Below the pieces are notes generated by a model. The model ran no database searches. It was not told where the DNA came from and saw nothing but the letters and a program-made list of their open reading frames with translations. DNA of 64,000 bases, taken from positions 1-64,000 of IMG/VR virus record IMGVR_UViG_3300033141_003979; one strand, written 5' to 3'. Shown in pieces: positions 37,614 to 48,138 of this stretch (positions within the stretch are counted from its first letter, which is position 1; the number at the start of each line of letters is the position of its first letter). The stretch is from a virus. The position numbers were made by a program, and so were the translations under genes.

Positions 37614-39166
37614 ATTCCCCTCGATTCAAGAGCCATTCCTATTTCAAAGGACATACTTGTTTTCAAAGAAGTTTCCAAACTTATACTCTTCAATATTCCC
37701 ATCGACGGCGATGGCGATGCAGATATTGAAGGGCTCACTGAAGCTGAAATTGAAGTGCTCGGACTCAGTGATGGCGATAAACTCGGTGATAAACTCTGTG
37801 AAACCGAAGGACTCACACTTAACGATATGCTTGCTGATGGAGAAATTGAAGCTGAGATTGATGCCGAAAGGCTCGGGCTCAAACTTGCTGATGGGCTAAT
37901 TGATGGACTAATTGACAGGCTCACCGATGGAGACAGACTTGCCGATGGACTGATACTTGGGCTGATACTTGGGCTGATACTTGGAGAAATACTTGGACTC
38001 AACGACGCCGAAGGTGAAATCGACGGGCTCAGGCTCTGTGAAATACTTAGTGATATACTTGGGCTCTCTGAAGCAGACGGACTCACTGATGCTGATAGAG
38101 ACAAGCTTATTGACAGACTTATGCTTGGAGAAATGCTTGCCGAAGAGCTGACAGACGGCGAAATTGATAAGCTGATTGAAGGGCTGATTGATAGTGAAAT
38201 AGATGGTGAAATTGATGGGCTAACAGATGGGGAAACGCTAGCAGATAAACTTGACGAAATGGATGAACTTAAACTAGCAGACGGTGACGGCGATGCAGAT
38301 ATTGAAGGGCTCAATGAAGCTGAAGGACTAACAGAAGACGATGGAGATGGAGAAATCGAAGGACTAATTGATGGTGACAAACTTGCTGATGGGCTAATAG
38401 ACGCCGAGATCGATGGACTGATTGAAAGACTGATTGAAGGTGATATGCTTGGGCTCGCTGATGAAGAAATTGATGAAGAAATTGATGGACTAACAGAAGC
38501 CGAAATTGATGGACTGATCGACGGGCTTATGCTCGCCGACGGGCTAACAGATGGGGAAACTGATAGTGAAATGCTTGGACTAATTGAAGGCGATGGAGTA
38601 TGCAATTCCATAGTCCAATCATCTATATCCAACTGAATATCATCAATACCAATAATAAGAGTTTCTAGGTTTTCATCAGAGTTGGTAATACCAGGCTGAA
38701 GTGCTTTAGGTATTCTTGTTGCTGTAACCAATGGTCCAATTTCCTCGATTGTATTTCCCTCAGCATTAAATTCAGCAACAAGATTAGGAATATCATATTT
38801 ATTTTCTAAGCGATACCATGTATTTTCATTAATAGTAAACGTAGAAGTAACATGAAAGTCCCCGCCTTCGGCGTCATCATAAAACTCAGATCTAAGCTTG
38901 AATACCCCACCATCATTTTCACAAACAAAATAAGTTACAGGATCTCCATTTACATCAACTTGCTTGCCAAAATGAAAAGAGTTTCCTATACTGAGAACCC
39001 CAGTATAAAGCTTAAACTCCAAATACACATAAGATGTAAGTGTCGATACACGTATAGCTTGACGACTCCCAGCAGGCTCAGTTGCAGGCAAAGATATTTC
39101 TAAGTAATCTCCCCCCTGATTGCTTAATGGCGCAGTCCTGCAATTTGCATTGTAAGTAACAGCCAT
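37610..39166 (-). CDS. Ser/Pro-repeat protein with N-terminal beta-sandwich (LamG-like) domain
   Basis: Probable start 39166 (TAATG). TWYRLE..Y and IDDI motifs; about 300-aa S-x-S-P tract. Confidence 0.8.
   Translation of the reverse strand: MAVTYNANCRTAPLSNQGGDYLEISLPATEPAGSRQAIRVSTLTSYVYLEFKLYTGVLSIGNSFHFGKQVDVNGDPVTYFVCENDGGVFKLRSEFYDDAEGGDFHVTSTFTINENTWYRLENKYDIPNLVAEFNAEGNTIEEIGPLVTATRIPKALQPGITNSDENLETLIIGIDDIQLDIDDWTMELHTPSPSISPSISLSVSPSVSPSASISPSISPSISASVSPSISSSISSSASPSISPSISLSISPSISASISPSASLSPSISPSISPSPSSSVSPSASLSPSISASPSPSASLSSSISSSLSASVSPSVSPSISPSISLSISPSISLSISPSVSSSASISPSISLSISLSLSASVSPSASESPSISLSISQSLSPSISPSASLSPSISPSISPSISPSISPSASLSPSVSLSISPSISPSASLSPSLSASISASISPSASISLSVSPSVSQSLSPSLSPSLSPSTSISASVSPSISASPSPSMGILKSISLETSLKTSMSFEIGMALESRGI
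37700..38598 (-). repeat. Degenerate 12-nt coding repeat, (S-x-S-P)n
   Basis: Unit AGY-NNN-TCN-CCN, e.g. AGT ATT TCA CCA. Confidence 0.9.
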
Positions 39167-42100
39167 TATGGTATATCTTCCCAATAAGATTGATCTGTGT
39201 TATCACTATCCCAATCATCGTCAACCGCAGCATCGGGATCAAAAGTTTCACTAATGACGCGAGATTCAAAAGAAAAATCCATCGTCATTAGACCCATGAA
39301 CTCTGGATCTGGAGGTTCATCTGGAATCCCATCACTCTCAGTTGCATTATTAACAACAGCTCCAAGTCTTTCGCAAATCTCAACCTTCCATTTTTCTTCA
39401 CTATTTAGAATCTGAATATGAGCGAATGAAATCAAACGGATTGGATCTGATAAGTAATCATGATTCGCTGCCATGCCAGCATGATAATAGGACCGGTATC
39501 CACCAACCCTATACTGCCTACAACTAATAATCGAAGCATGTCTACCTAGTGGGGATGCACCAATATTAGGCCACCCATCATCTGCATGACTACCATCATC
39601 GAGGAACCCACAGTGACGATCACCTCCAAGTCCTATACCATTATGGGCTAACCATTGACGCACATTATACTCCCTAGCCGCACATCTCCGCCAAAAATCT
39701 GGCTTATAGATCTGAATAGTGGTTGATTCAGCAGGGATAACATCATCGACCTCTACTTTCTTTTCCCCAGCGTTCCAATACCAAACCTGTTCATTTCCAT
39801 CTATCTCATCTGCACTGAATACTTCCTCCATGACCGTTCTTGAAGCGGTGATAAGAGAGTTATCACGAGCTACAGCCCCAGGCTTTAAAGCACCCCCATC
39901 TGAATTCAAAAAGGGTTTGCGTGACCTCATCCTGGTGCCATCTACATCGTCAATGGCTTCCCATTGCGTATCCCCAACTCCTATTTCATCTAACAGTTCA
40001 ATCCAGAAACACATCCCGTCATAATCGCACCATTTATCACCCTGCCCGGCCTCTCCGTGAAAAATGGGTGTTTCTGATACAAGACAATAGTAATCAATAT
40101 TGGGGTCTGTTCGATCTGTAAATATATCTTCAACAAACGTCCTGAAGATATGACCTGCATTTATAGCCTCTTCTGGAGTACTATGTATTGAACTACCAGA
40201 TTCGTAGAAGTACATGAAGTGATTAGCCTCAACGGTATCATCATTACAAGTCTCCCAAGCAATTTTGACATAAGTATCTGTGACTTCTTCGACTAGAAAA
40301 TGCCCAACAACATCACCTTCACCATCAGCAGCCGTTCTAACCTCAACCATATCCCATCTATTGACAAAGGAAGTAAGGTCGCCTGTGTAGTTAAATATAT
40401 TATGAGTGTCAACAGAATCAATTTCCATTGAATCCTGATCATCTACTGTATTACCACCAACCAACGGCTTACTCAGTTGATTGATCACCAGCCCATAAGC
40501 AATAGTATCTAATTTACACCCCCCGAAAGTCCAATTTGGATCTCGCTTGTGGCGAATGTCAATAACGATAAACCTGATATTATCCATATCAAAGGTGTGG
40601 CAAAGTGAAGCTCGTTGAACAAGGTATCTAATATTTTCAGTTGTAGAGAAATCTTTTCCATCTGATAATGCTTGACAAAAATGGATAGTAGTTCCGCCTA
40701 TATATTTTACAAATGAATATTCACAAACAGACTCATCTGTTTCGTCCAAATACCTAATACATTGACCAGGATAAAGACCATACTTTGAAACTGTTGGAAA
40801 TCCGTAACTACCGTCTATTGTAGCCTCTGCGCTACTATCATCACCAATTACAACTTCATCATCTGACGGATAAGAGCCAGAAGTGTATTCAATTACAAGC
40901 TGATATGTACCTGTCCCATCCTGTCTTTCGTCGTGCAGTAATGTACCAACCCCATCTATCCCCCATGTCACGCCCTCTCCCTGTGTTAAATTCCCTGTAT
41001 AAGCATCATAAGTAATTTGAAACTCAGGTGGACTTGTATCAACTAAGGTAACATCAGATCCATCTGTATGTGCCCCCTCATAATTATTCCCCATATGAAG
41101 ATCTGGAAGCGGAGTCATTTCTTTGTAAACTCTCAGCGCAGTAGGAACCATATAAGCGTTTAAGGCATCGTCATAATTGCCACCACCTACACAATTAGCG
41201 TTATTTACAAGAAAATCATGGTCTGAAAATATATGGGCAGCAGGATACTTATTATATAATTCAAACTGTTGCCAGTAATTAGATAGCTGTGAACCTCGCC
41301 TTTCATAGACTATATTTCGTATAACTTGTGCTTCGTCTACAGTAGCTATCTCCGGCGATATACTCCATTCATCTCCAAGCTTCCAAACAAGATCAGGAGT
41401 TTTAGCAGACATTGAGGTAAAGACATTGTGGTCTTGCTCCTGGTGATGTTCGTCAGCACCAGCAGCAACAACCATGTCACTTCGAGTACCTGGAGCTTGG
41501 AATGTCTTACAACTTGGAAGAGTACTCCAGTAATAGGCACTTGCCCCACCCTCAAGTTCATACGCCGATTGCCAGCACCCATTCTTTTGTTCAACAAGAA
41601 TATCATAATAGTATGTTTTATTTGCAGTGAGACCTGTTATGGGAACGATTGCCGTGAAGTCTTTGGAATAGCCCTTTGGATCTGTAGCGGTTATTGCCGT
41701 GGCAGAACTTGTGTCGGTGTCTCCTGAATTGGTTTTTACGTCTCCCTCTACCGTACCATATCGTATTCTTACACTACTGGCTTCACTAATTCGTAGCCAT
41801 ATTCTAAGTTCTGTCGAAGACACACAGGCAACTAGCGGCTCATGTGTGACAAAGGCATCTCCTGTTGCCCCACTTATCACTTCTGCATAACAATCAGATA
41901 TTCTATATCCAGAAAAATCTTGCGCACTAGCTCGTATATATCCATAAGCTTCTTTTATTTGCGCCCACGACCAAGCACCATCCCCTTCTGGGTCATTTAC
42001 GGCAAGGAAATAAAAATCTGCCCATACCGCATCTCCAACTTCCCCTCCTGGACTGAACCCACTTGATTTCGGGGTGCTTGCTACTCCAAGACCTTCCTTG

Positions 42101-43998
42101 CGAATAAACGGCACACATTCGTAATGACTAGTATCATATTGCTGACCCCGCCAAAATACCCTTTTAGCTTTTGGGTCTCCCAATGTCTCATCAGGATCTT
42201 CAAAGGCAAGAAGCATTCCCGATCTGTCTGTAGAGTCGTCACTTTCTTTTTTAACTTCAACGAAGGTAAGATCACTGCTATCAGTCACAACCTCTAGTGC
42301 CCCTTCAGCATCGTCTATCCAATCGGCTGCCGTCTCCCACGTACCCGCAGCGATCATTACATTGTCTATATAAAGTTTTCGGGCGCTAACACCTAATTGT
42401 TGTAAGTTTGTAATAGAGCCACCAAAATAAAGTTTATCGAGGGTTTTTGATGCACCTTCATCCGCCTCCTGTACGGCTCCTACAACCCCATTATCCGTAA
42501 ATCGCCATCCGCAGGTGTTTGTCCCTTTACGATAAAACTCAACCCTATGCCATTCACCCGTAGCAAAAGCTACGTCGTTTCCTACTTGAACTCCATTATG
42601 TTCAAGATATATCTTCCCATCAATTGTGGTGATAACTTCTATATACTCAGAATCATCAGCGATGCGACACTGAAAAATTATTTTCTCATTATGTGTCGTT
42701 GCAAAATTGAGATAAAGCCGAAATGAACCAATTATATCAGCTGTATCAAAATTCCCATCATATTTCAGTCTTGAACGGGCTACAATGTCATCCTTATACT
42801 CAAACTCGCAGTATGTGCCAGAGCGTCCTCCGATACCAGAAGCATCTGCATCTATAGAAGAGTTAGAGCCTACGACAGAAGGAACATAAACAACATTTGA
42901 ATTGTCTGTATGTCCAGTAATATCTACGCCAGGGAGGAGGTTTATATCGGCTTCCTCAAAAGACTCCCTGAATATAATTTTATTCCCATTGGTAGGCACA
43001 TAGCCGGGGAGAACTCGTTCATCTGCTCCACCGCCAAGCCACTCGTTAGGTTCAAGAATTTGTTTTCTACAACCAAAGGTTACAAACGTTTTTCCACCAC
43101 CAGACATTATGGCTTCTTCATAAAAAGGTGAAGGACTCGGTGAAACACTAGGACTAAGTGATAGACTGATTGACGGGGATAGGCTTAGTGATATAGACGG
43201 ACTCAAACTTGCCGATGGACTAATTGATGGCGACATACTTGGTGAAATACTCAAACTAATTGATGAAGATATACTAGCTGACAGGCTCAATGACGGCGAT
43301 ATACTTGCACTAATTGATGGTGATATACTTGGACTTGGTGAACCTAGGAGGGCATTTAAGGCTATTTGATAGCCATGCCATTCTGCACCAGTAACATGCC
43401 CATCATAATCAACCGTACCAGAATACGTGTCTATATTTGCTTGTGCTTTAGATCCCATGCAGATATTACCATCCTGCCTGAATACTGCCTCGTGAGTTGT
43501 AGAGCCAGCCTCTACGGTTACATCGGCATCTGTAGCTGCTGCATTAGTCAACGCAGTAGCTACAATAATCAAAGTATCAGTTTCTGTTGTTGTTATATCA
43601 CTACATGTTGCAGTACCAGCAGCATCTATAGTATCATCGCTCTTCGCAGATGAAACATCAATAAGATCCCCTTGTCTTGTTCCTTCTATTCGGAGAATAG
43701 CCCCTCCCCAACCTCCTTGCCCACTCAAACCTGTCCAAGTATAGTTTGCCCCTTCACCTGAAGCACTAGTAATATACTTATAACAAATTACTGAAGATAA
43801 ATCTCTACCAGTAGTGGTATTCTGTTGATAGAGTTGTGTCCATCCTACCGGTATGCCAATTGCTGGAGTATCATCTCCCCTCGAAACACAGGCAATCAGT
43901 AAATCGTTGTCTTGCAGATCAGCAGGTTTATTTATAACAAAACTAGCGGCGGCAACAGTATCATTTTGTGTACTAGTTTTATATTCTGGAGATGCCAT
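39166..43998 (-). CDS. 1610-aa multidomain protein: S/P linker, LamG-like domain, PhoD-like metallophosphatase
   Basis: RIWLR and ITGLTANKTYYY (FN3-like), PDLVWKLGD, SDHDFLVNN, FIVIDIR, GGDRH. Confidence 0.75.
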   Translation of the reverse strand: MASPEYKTSTQNDTVAAASFVINKPADLQDNDLLIACVSRGDDTPAIGIPVGWTQLYQQNTTTGRDLSSVICYKYITSASGEGANYTWTGLSGQGGWGGAILRIEGTRQGDLIDVSSAKSDDTIDAAGTATCSDITTTETDTLIIVATALTNAAATDADVTVEAGSTTHEAVFRQDGNICMGSKAQANIDTYSGTVDYDGHVTGAEWHGYQIALNALLGSPSPSISPSISASISPSLSLSASISSSISLSISPSMSPSISPSASLSPSISLSLSPSISLSLSPSVSPSPSPFYEEAIMSGGGKTFVTFGCRKQILEPNEWLGGGADERVLPGYVPTNGNKIIFRESFEEADINLLPGVDITGHTDNSNVVYVPSVVGSNSSIDADASGIGGRSGTYCEFEYKDDIVARSRLKYDGNFDTADIIGSFRLYLNFATTHNEKIIFQCRIADDSEYIEVITTIDGKIYLEHNGVQVGNDVAFATGEWHRVEFYRKGTNTCGWRFTDNGVVGAVQEADEGASKTLDKLYFGGSITNLQQLGVSARKLYIDNVMIAAGTWETAADWIDDAEGALEVVTDSSDLTFVEVKKESDDSTDRSGMLLAFEDPDETLGDPKAKRVFWRGQQYDTSHYECVPFIRKEGLGVASTPKSSGFSPGGEVGDAVWADFYFLAVNDPEGDGAWSWAQIKEAYGYIRASAQDFSGYRISDCYAEVISGATGDAFVTHEPLVACVSSTELRIWLRISEASSVRIRYGTVEGDVKTNSGDTDTSSATAITATDPKGYSKDFTAIVPITGLTANKTYYYDILVEQKNGCWQSAYELEGGASAYYWSTLPSCKTFQAPGTRSDMVVAAGADEHHQEQDHNVFTSMSAKTPDLVWKLGDEWSISPEIATVDEAQVIRNIVYERRGSQLSNYWQQFELYNKYPAAHIFSDHDFLVNNANCVGGGNYDDALNAYMVPTALRVYKEMTPLPDLHMGNNYEGAHTDGSDVTLVDTSPPEFQITYDAYTGNLTQGEGVTWGIDGVGTLLHDERQDGTGTYQLVIEYTSGSYPSDDEVVIGDDSSAEATIDGSYGFPTVSKYGLYPGQCIRYLDETDESVCEYSFVKYIGGTTIHFCQALSDGKDFSTTENIRYLVQRASLCHTFDMDNIRFIVIDIRHKRDPNWTFGGCKLDTIAYGLVINQLSKPLVGGNTVDDQDSMEIDSVDTHNIFNYTGDLTSFVNRWDMVEVRTAADGEGDVVGHFLVEEVTDTYVKIAWETCNDDTVEANHFMYFYESGSSIHSTPEEAINAGHIFRTFVEDIFTDRTDPNIDYYCLVSETPIFHGEAGQGDKWCDYDGMCFWIELLDEIGVGDTQWEAIDDVDGTRMRSRKPFLNSDGGALKPGAVARDNSLITASRTVMEEVFSADEIDGNEQVWYWNAGEKKVEVDDVIPAESTTIQIYKPDFWRRCAAREYNVRQWLAHNGIGLGGDRHCGFLDDGSHADDGWPNIGASPLGRHASIISCRQYRVGGYRSYYHAGMAANHDYLSDPIRLISFAHIQILNSEEKWKVEICERLGAVVNNATESDGIPDEPPDPEFMGLMTMDFSFESRVISETFDPDAAVDDDWDSDNTDQSYWEDIP
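43128..43344 (-). repeat. (S-x-S-P)n coding repeat
   Basis: About 70-aa Ser/Pro tract. Confidence 0.9.
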
Positions 43999-44001
43999 TA
44001 G

Positions 44002-44415
44002 TTAATCATCCAAGCTAAGGTTGCAATCCCCAGCATCTAATATGAGTTGATCGTCTTCAGTAATTATAACACCGCCCGTAATAGTTCCCCCAATTAAAAA
44101 ATCCCCGTTACTAGGATCAGGATGGTTCCACAAACCAACATAAGGAATAGAAACCCCACCATTCCAATCCCCTCCAGCAGCTTGCGGAAAAGTAATTGCT
44201 GCCCCATTATCAGATGTTCCTGCTGCCCATGCGTTCCAATTTGCAGCAATCACCTGCACACGATCATAAGCATTTTCTTCAGTTATTTCATTTGAACCAT
44301 CATTTCCAGGTGTTGCTGAATGCAAAGCAATGTAGATGTCATCAGTTTCGAATCCATAATTAACTTTACCTAGTAAATGATTTAAAAATGCTTCCTGTAA
44401 ATATTCACCTAACAT
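44002..44415 (-). CDS. Phage tail/virion protein
   Basis: YL....LNHLL, YIALHSA.PG..G.NE, Y.RV, N..AITFP.A..DW. Confidence 0.75.
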   Translation of the reverse strand: MLGEYLQEAFLNHLLGKVNYGFETDDIYIALHSATPGNDGSNEITEENAYDRVQVIAANWNAWAAGTSDNGAAITFPQAAGGDWNGGVSIPYVGLWNHPDPSNGDFLIGGTITGGVIITEDDQLILDAGDCNLSLDD

Positions 44416-44424
44416 AGTATCCTC

Positions 44425-45564
44425 CTAACACCGTACCAATTCCATATCTGTTTCAAAAGCCATACTTGTTGTCAAAGACGATTCAAAAGCAATGATCTTC
44501 AATATCCTTGAAGTTGCCGGCGAAGGACTCGGCGAAGCCGACACGCTCAAGGATATTGAAGGGCTAATACTTAGCGAAATAGACGGGGAAATGCTCAGAG
44601 ATATTGATGTTGAAGGAGACAGAGAAATGCTTGCACTTGGCGATATGCTCGAACTTGGACTGACTGATGGGCTAATTGATAGACTGATACTAGGTGACAG
44701 GCTCAAGGAAATAGAAGCAGAAGGAGAGACCGAAGGGCTAATACTTAATGATATACTTGCTGATGGAGAAACCGAAGCAGATATTGATAAGCTTACCGAT
44801 GGAGAAATACTTGCACTCAAACTAGCAGACGGGCTTATACTTGCACTCGGACTGAGTGATGGAGAAACACTCGCACTAAACGATGCTGATGGAGAAATAC
44901 TTGCACTCGGACTCACAGACGGCGAAATGCTTGCGCTCAGACTTGCCGATGAAGAAACTGATGGACTGATTGATGCTGATGGACTGACCGAGGCAGAAAT
45001 ACTTGGTGAAATGCTTAGCGATATACTTGCCGATGGACTGATCGATGGACTAATACTTGCCGATGGAGAAATCGAAGGGCTTATGCTCAAACTTATGCTT
45101 GCGCTTAATGATGGAGATATACTAGCAGATGGAGATACTGAAGCTGATGGACTGATTCCGGTGATGCGTAATACCACATCCTGAACATATTCAATAGGGG
45201 CAGGACTCGGACTTGGTGATGGTGATGGGGATATTGAAAGGCTCACTGAAGCTGAAAGAGATGGAGAAAGACTTGCCGATGGGCTGATTGATGGACTAAT
45301 ACTTGGTGAAATACTAGGACTGATTGACGCCGAAATGCTCGGGCTAACACTTGAAGATATTGAAGGGCTGAGGCTTGCACTTGGTGAAATGCTTGCTGAA
45401 ATGCTTGGGCTGATTGATGGGCTCAAACTAGCTGACGGACTGATACCAGAGATACGTAATACAACATCCTGAACATACTCGGTTGTTGCTTCATCTCTCG
45501 GAATCCCTCTAGTTGGAACTCCACGTCCTGGTAACCCTCTTTTTGGTACTCCTCTAGTCCCCAT
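44425..45564 (-). CDS. Almost wholly Ser/Pro-repeat (mucin-like) protein
   Basis: N-terminal 4x RG(V/L/I)P, 2x [10 protein letters not shown], long S-x-S-P tracts. Confidence 0.8.
   Translation of the reverse strand: MGTRGVPKRGLPGRGVPTRGIPRDEATTEYVQDVVLRISGISPSASLSPSISPSISASISPSASLSPSISSSVSPSISASISPSISPSISPSISPSASLSPSLSASVSLSISPSPSPSPSPAPIEYVQDVVLRITGISPSASVSPSASISPSLSASISLSISPSISPSASISPSISPSASISLSISPSISASVSPSASISPSVSSSASLSASISPSVSPSASISPSASFSASVSPSLSPSASISPSASLSASISPSVSLSISASVSPSASISLSISPSVSPSASISLSLSPSISLSISPSVSPSSSISPSASISLSPSTSISLSISPSISLSISPSISLSVSASPSPSPATSRILKIIAFESSLTTSMAFETDMELVRC
44520..45445 (-). repeat. (S-x-S-P)n coding repeat
   Basis: Two tracts separated by an [10 protein letters not shown] module. 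Confidence 0.9.
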
Positions 45565-45573
45565 ACTTAACCC

Positions 45574-47421
45574 TTATAAAGTAGAAGTCATTTTAACTTG
45601 AACATATCCCAAAGATACAAATGGTATAGTATAATTATTCCATCCAGCTCCTTCACAGGCTACTTTTGTTGCTCCGTGTCTATAATCCATATCCACGTCA
45701 TCCCCTGTAGGATCATAATTATTTTGCAATAATGTCACAGTAAAGGCGCCTGTGTTAACTACTTCAGACACCATATTTTCCCCTGCATTCAATTCAAGCC
45801 GTTCAGCATCACCAGCATTCGCTATTACCCCAGTCCCTGTCCAATGCCAAGCAAATGTACGTACATTTGTCTCAGTCACAGCTGTAACATGTCCCCAACA
45901 AGTATCCCCAGGTATTGCAGGTGAAGGAGATGGGGATATTGAAGGGCTAACTGAAGGCGATAAAGATGGACTCAATGACGGTGATATACTAGGTGAAATG
46001 CTCGGGCTGATTGAGGCTGAAGGACTATATGATGCAGAGATACTTAGTGAAATGCTCAAGCTTATTGATGGGCTTATACTCGCACTTGGACTGATTGAAG
46101 GACTTAGGCTTGCACTCAGACTCGGCGATAAAGATGGTGAAATTGAAGCTGAAGGAGTAGATGGAGAATATGATGGGCTTATACTTGCCGATGGACTATA
46201 TGATGCCGATGGAGACGAAGAAATCGAAGCCGAAATCGAAGCCGAAGGGGTATCTGGTGATGGACTTGGTGATGGTGAAATCGATGGACTAATTGATGGT
46301 GAAATTGACAAACTAATTGATGGTGAAATGCTTGCAGATGGGCTTAATGATGGACTGATTGATGCCGACAATGACGGGCTTTCTTCCACAAACTCACTTG
46401 CCCCTACATCCCATCTAGCATCCGTACCAGCAGGCCTGGCATTTCCTTCTATACTAAAAGCATAAAGTGGATCAGGGGTAGTAAAGAAATTCATAGGGTT
46501 CCATGTGCCAGAAACATCATTAACTGGCGACATGCCGCAATTGCCCTCACCTAAATTATCGACACCATCCCTAGTAGATAGACTGGCCGTAGCTAAGTAA
46601 TCAGCATCTAGTGAGGCGTCCAAATCCAAACTGTTATCCCATGCAGTAGGAATTCCTCCAGCATCTAAGTCCGCTGTATCATCGTCAGCAGCGTTCCAAT
46701 CCGAAGGTACATCAATATCAACAGCAGGAAATACATCTCCCCCTATGTCCATTCCATAGCAACTAAAAATAATACCTGTGCCATCTGTTAGAGAAGAATA
46801 AAATCCTGCACCACAATCTGCCCCAGTACAACAAATACAGCCCATTGTATATCCTGCGGCCGGAGAGAATCTAAAAGCAAGATCCTCATGCCCATAGGAG
46901 ATACAAGCATAGGCCATACTGTCTTCACCAAACATCCGAAACCCCTGCGGATTTCCACCAGAAGAAACTCCATCATAGGCAATACAATGTATAAAAAACA
47001 CGAAGTCTGCGTCTTCACATCTGAAAATATGAGCACCTGTCGAACCAGTATAACTAGCACTTATTTTAACAATTCTACTATAGAAATCCTTAACTTCAAA
47101 AACAAAAACATTTGCTCCTGTATAAACAAACGTAGCTCCAGTTGCTACAGTACCAGCAAAAGGAGTAGCACAACTTGGTGAGGATTGAATCTTTCTATAG
47201 TGTGTTGCATCTACAATAGCATCTTGGAGTGCGACAGAATCATCATGTACTTGGCTATCATAGCAGTCGAGCACAAGAATACCAAGACCGGTGATATCTA
47301 CATCTGTATCAGCTTCCCAAGTGCCTAAAACACTATAATCTGGATCTCCAGCGCCAGGCAACGAACCGTTGCCTCCAGAATCATAGGTTCAAAGATATGG
47401 TGCTTGATCCCAACAAGCCAT
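45574..47421 (-). CDS. Beta-helix-like protein with S/P tract; true start uncertain (ATG 47421 with in-frame TGA, or TTG 47361)
   Basis: ORF 45574-47361. In-frame ATG at 47421 is coupled to the upstream stop, with TGA at 47391-47389. WDVGASEF motif precedes the S/P tract. Confidence 0.75.
45920..46380 (-). repeat. (S-x-S-P)n coding repeat
   Basis: About 150-aa Ser/Pro tract. Confidence 0.9.
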
Positions 47422-48119
47422 TAGCTAATAAGCCCCTTTTTTGGTTCTAACATATTCAGCCCATCAAAAGCGCTAACAATGCGACCCTTAAGTTTATCCC
47501 AGAAATCAGTCTTACCAAGAGATCTGGACACCGCAGGAGTATAAACATCGTGCCTGTCAAACATCCTTACGGTGTTGACCCCTAGTGTGTCTAAATCAGC
47601 AAGGGGCACACAGAACCTACGTTTTTTAATAATATCCGTTGGATTCGCACCAATATCCCACGATCCCGTTATATCGTAGTAAGGCTCGCATAAGGCTTCT
47701 ATCTTTGGACGATCTAAGTCGGTCACGGGGACAATTAAAAAATGCCTTCTTTCTAGATTGGTCCACCCATGACCCTCTGCTTTATGAGCAATAATATCTC
47801 CGGGTCGTGGCCTTTTGTCGGTCTTCATATCTTCGTGAACAGAATATAGGTTAGGGTCAAATCCTGTTGGATAATCAATACTTTTGCTAACAAGTTTATT
47901 TATAAGGACAGAACCAGCTTTAGCAATATCTGGCGTTAATTTGTTATAGGGGCCGTTCGCATAGCCTTTGCCATCAGCGCATGGAAAGTTCTTGTCGTAA
48001 TAATATGGCTCGCCATTCCAGCCATGAGCGACAACAGGGAAATGATCTGTCAGGCTTTTCTCCTTCATAAGATAACGATTTTTATAGTAAGCAAATAAAG
48101 CTAATTCAAAGTTAGCCAT
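47421..48119 (-). CDS. Hypothetical protein
   Basis: 232-aa ORF in operon orientation with GAGG RBS. Confidence 0.7.
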   Translation of the reverse strand: MANFELALFAYYKNRYLMKEKSLTDHFPVVAHGWNGEPYYYDKNFPCADGKGYANGPYNKLTPDIAKAGSVLINKLVSKSIDYPTGFDPNLYSVHEDMKTDKRPRPGDIIAHKAEGHGWTNLERRHFLIVPVTDLDRPKIEALCEPYYDITGSWDIGANPTDIIKKRRFCVPLADLDTLGVNTVRMFDRHDVYTPAVSRSLGKTDFWDKLKGRIVSAFDGLNMLEPKKGLIS

Positions 48120-48138
48120 CAGTCCTCTCTTCTATAAA

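Noticed and set aside
37700-46380. Repeat tracts as CRISPR arrays
   Set aside because: Degenerate 12-nt coding periodicity with no constant repeat/unique spacer pattern and no cas genes.
37755-46465. Long plus-strand D/G/L/E-rich ORFs (37755-38636, 44492-45184, 45752-46465)
   Set aside because: They are antisense shadows of the Ser/Pro codon repeats. They coincide with the tracts and oppose a coupled minus-strand operon.
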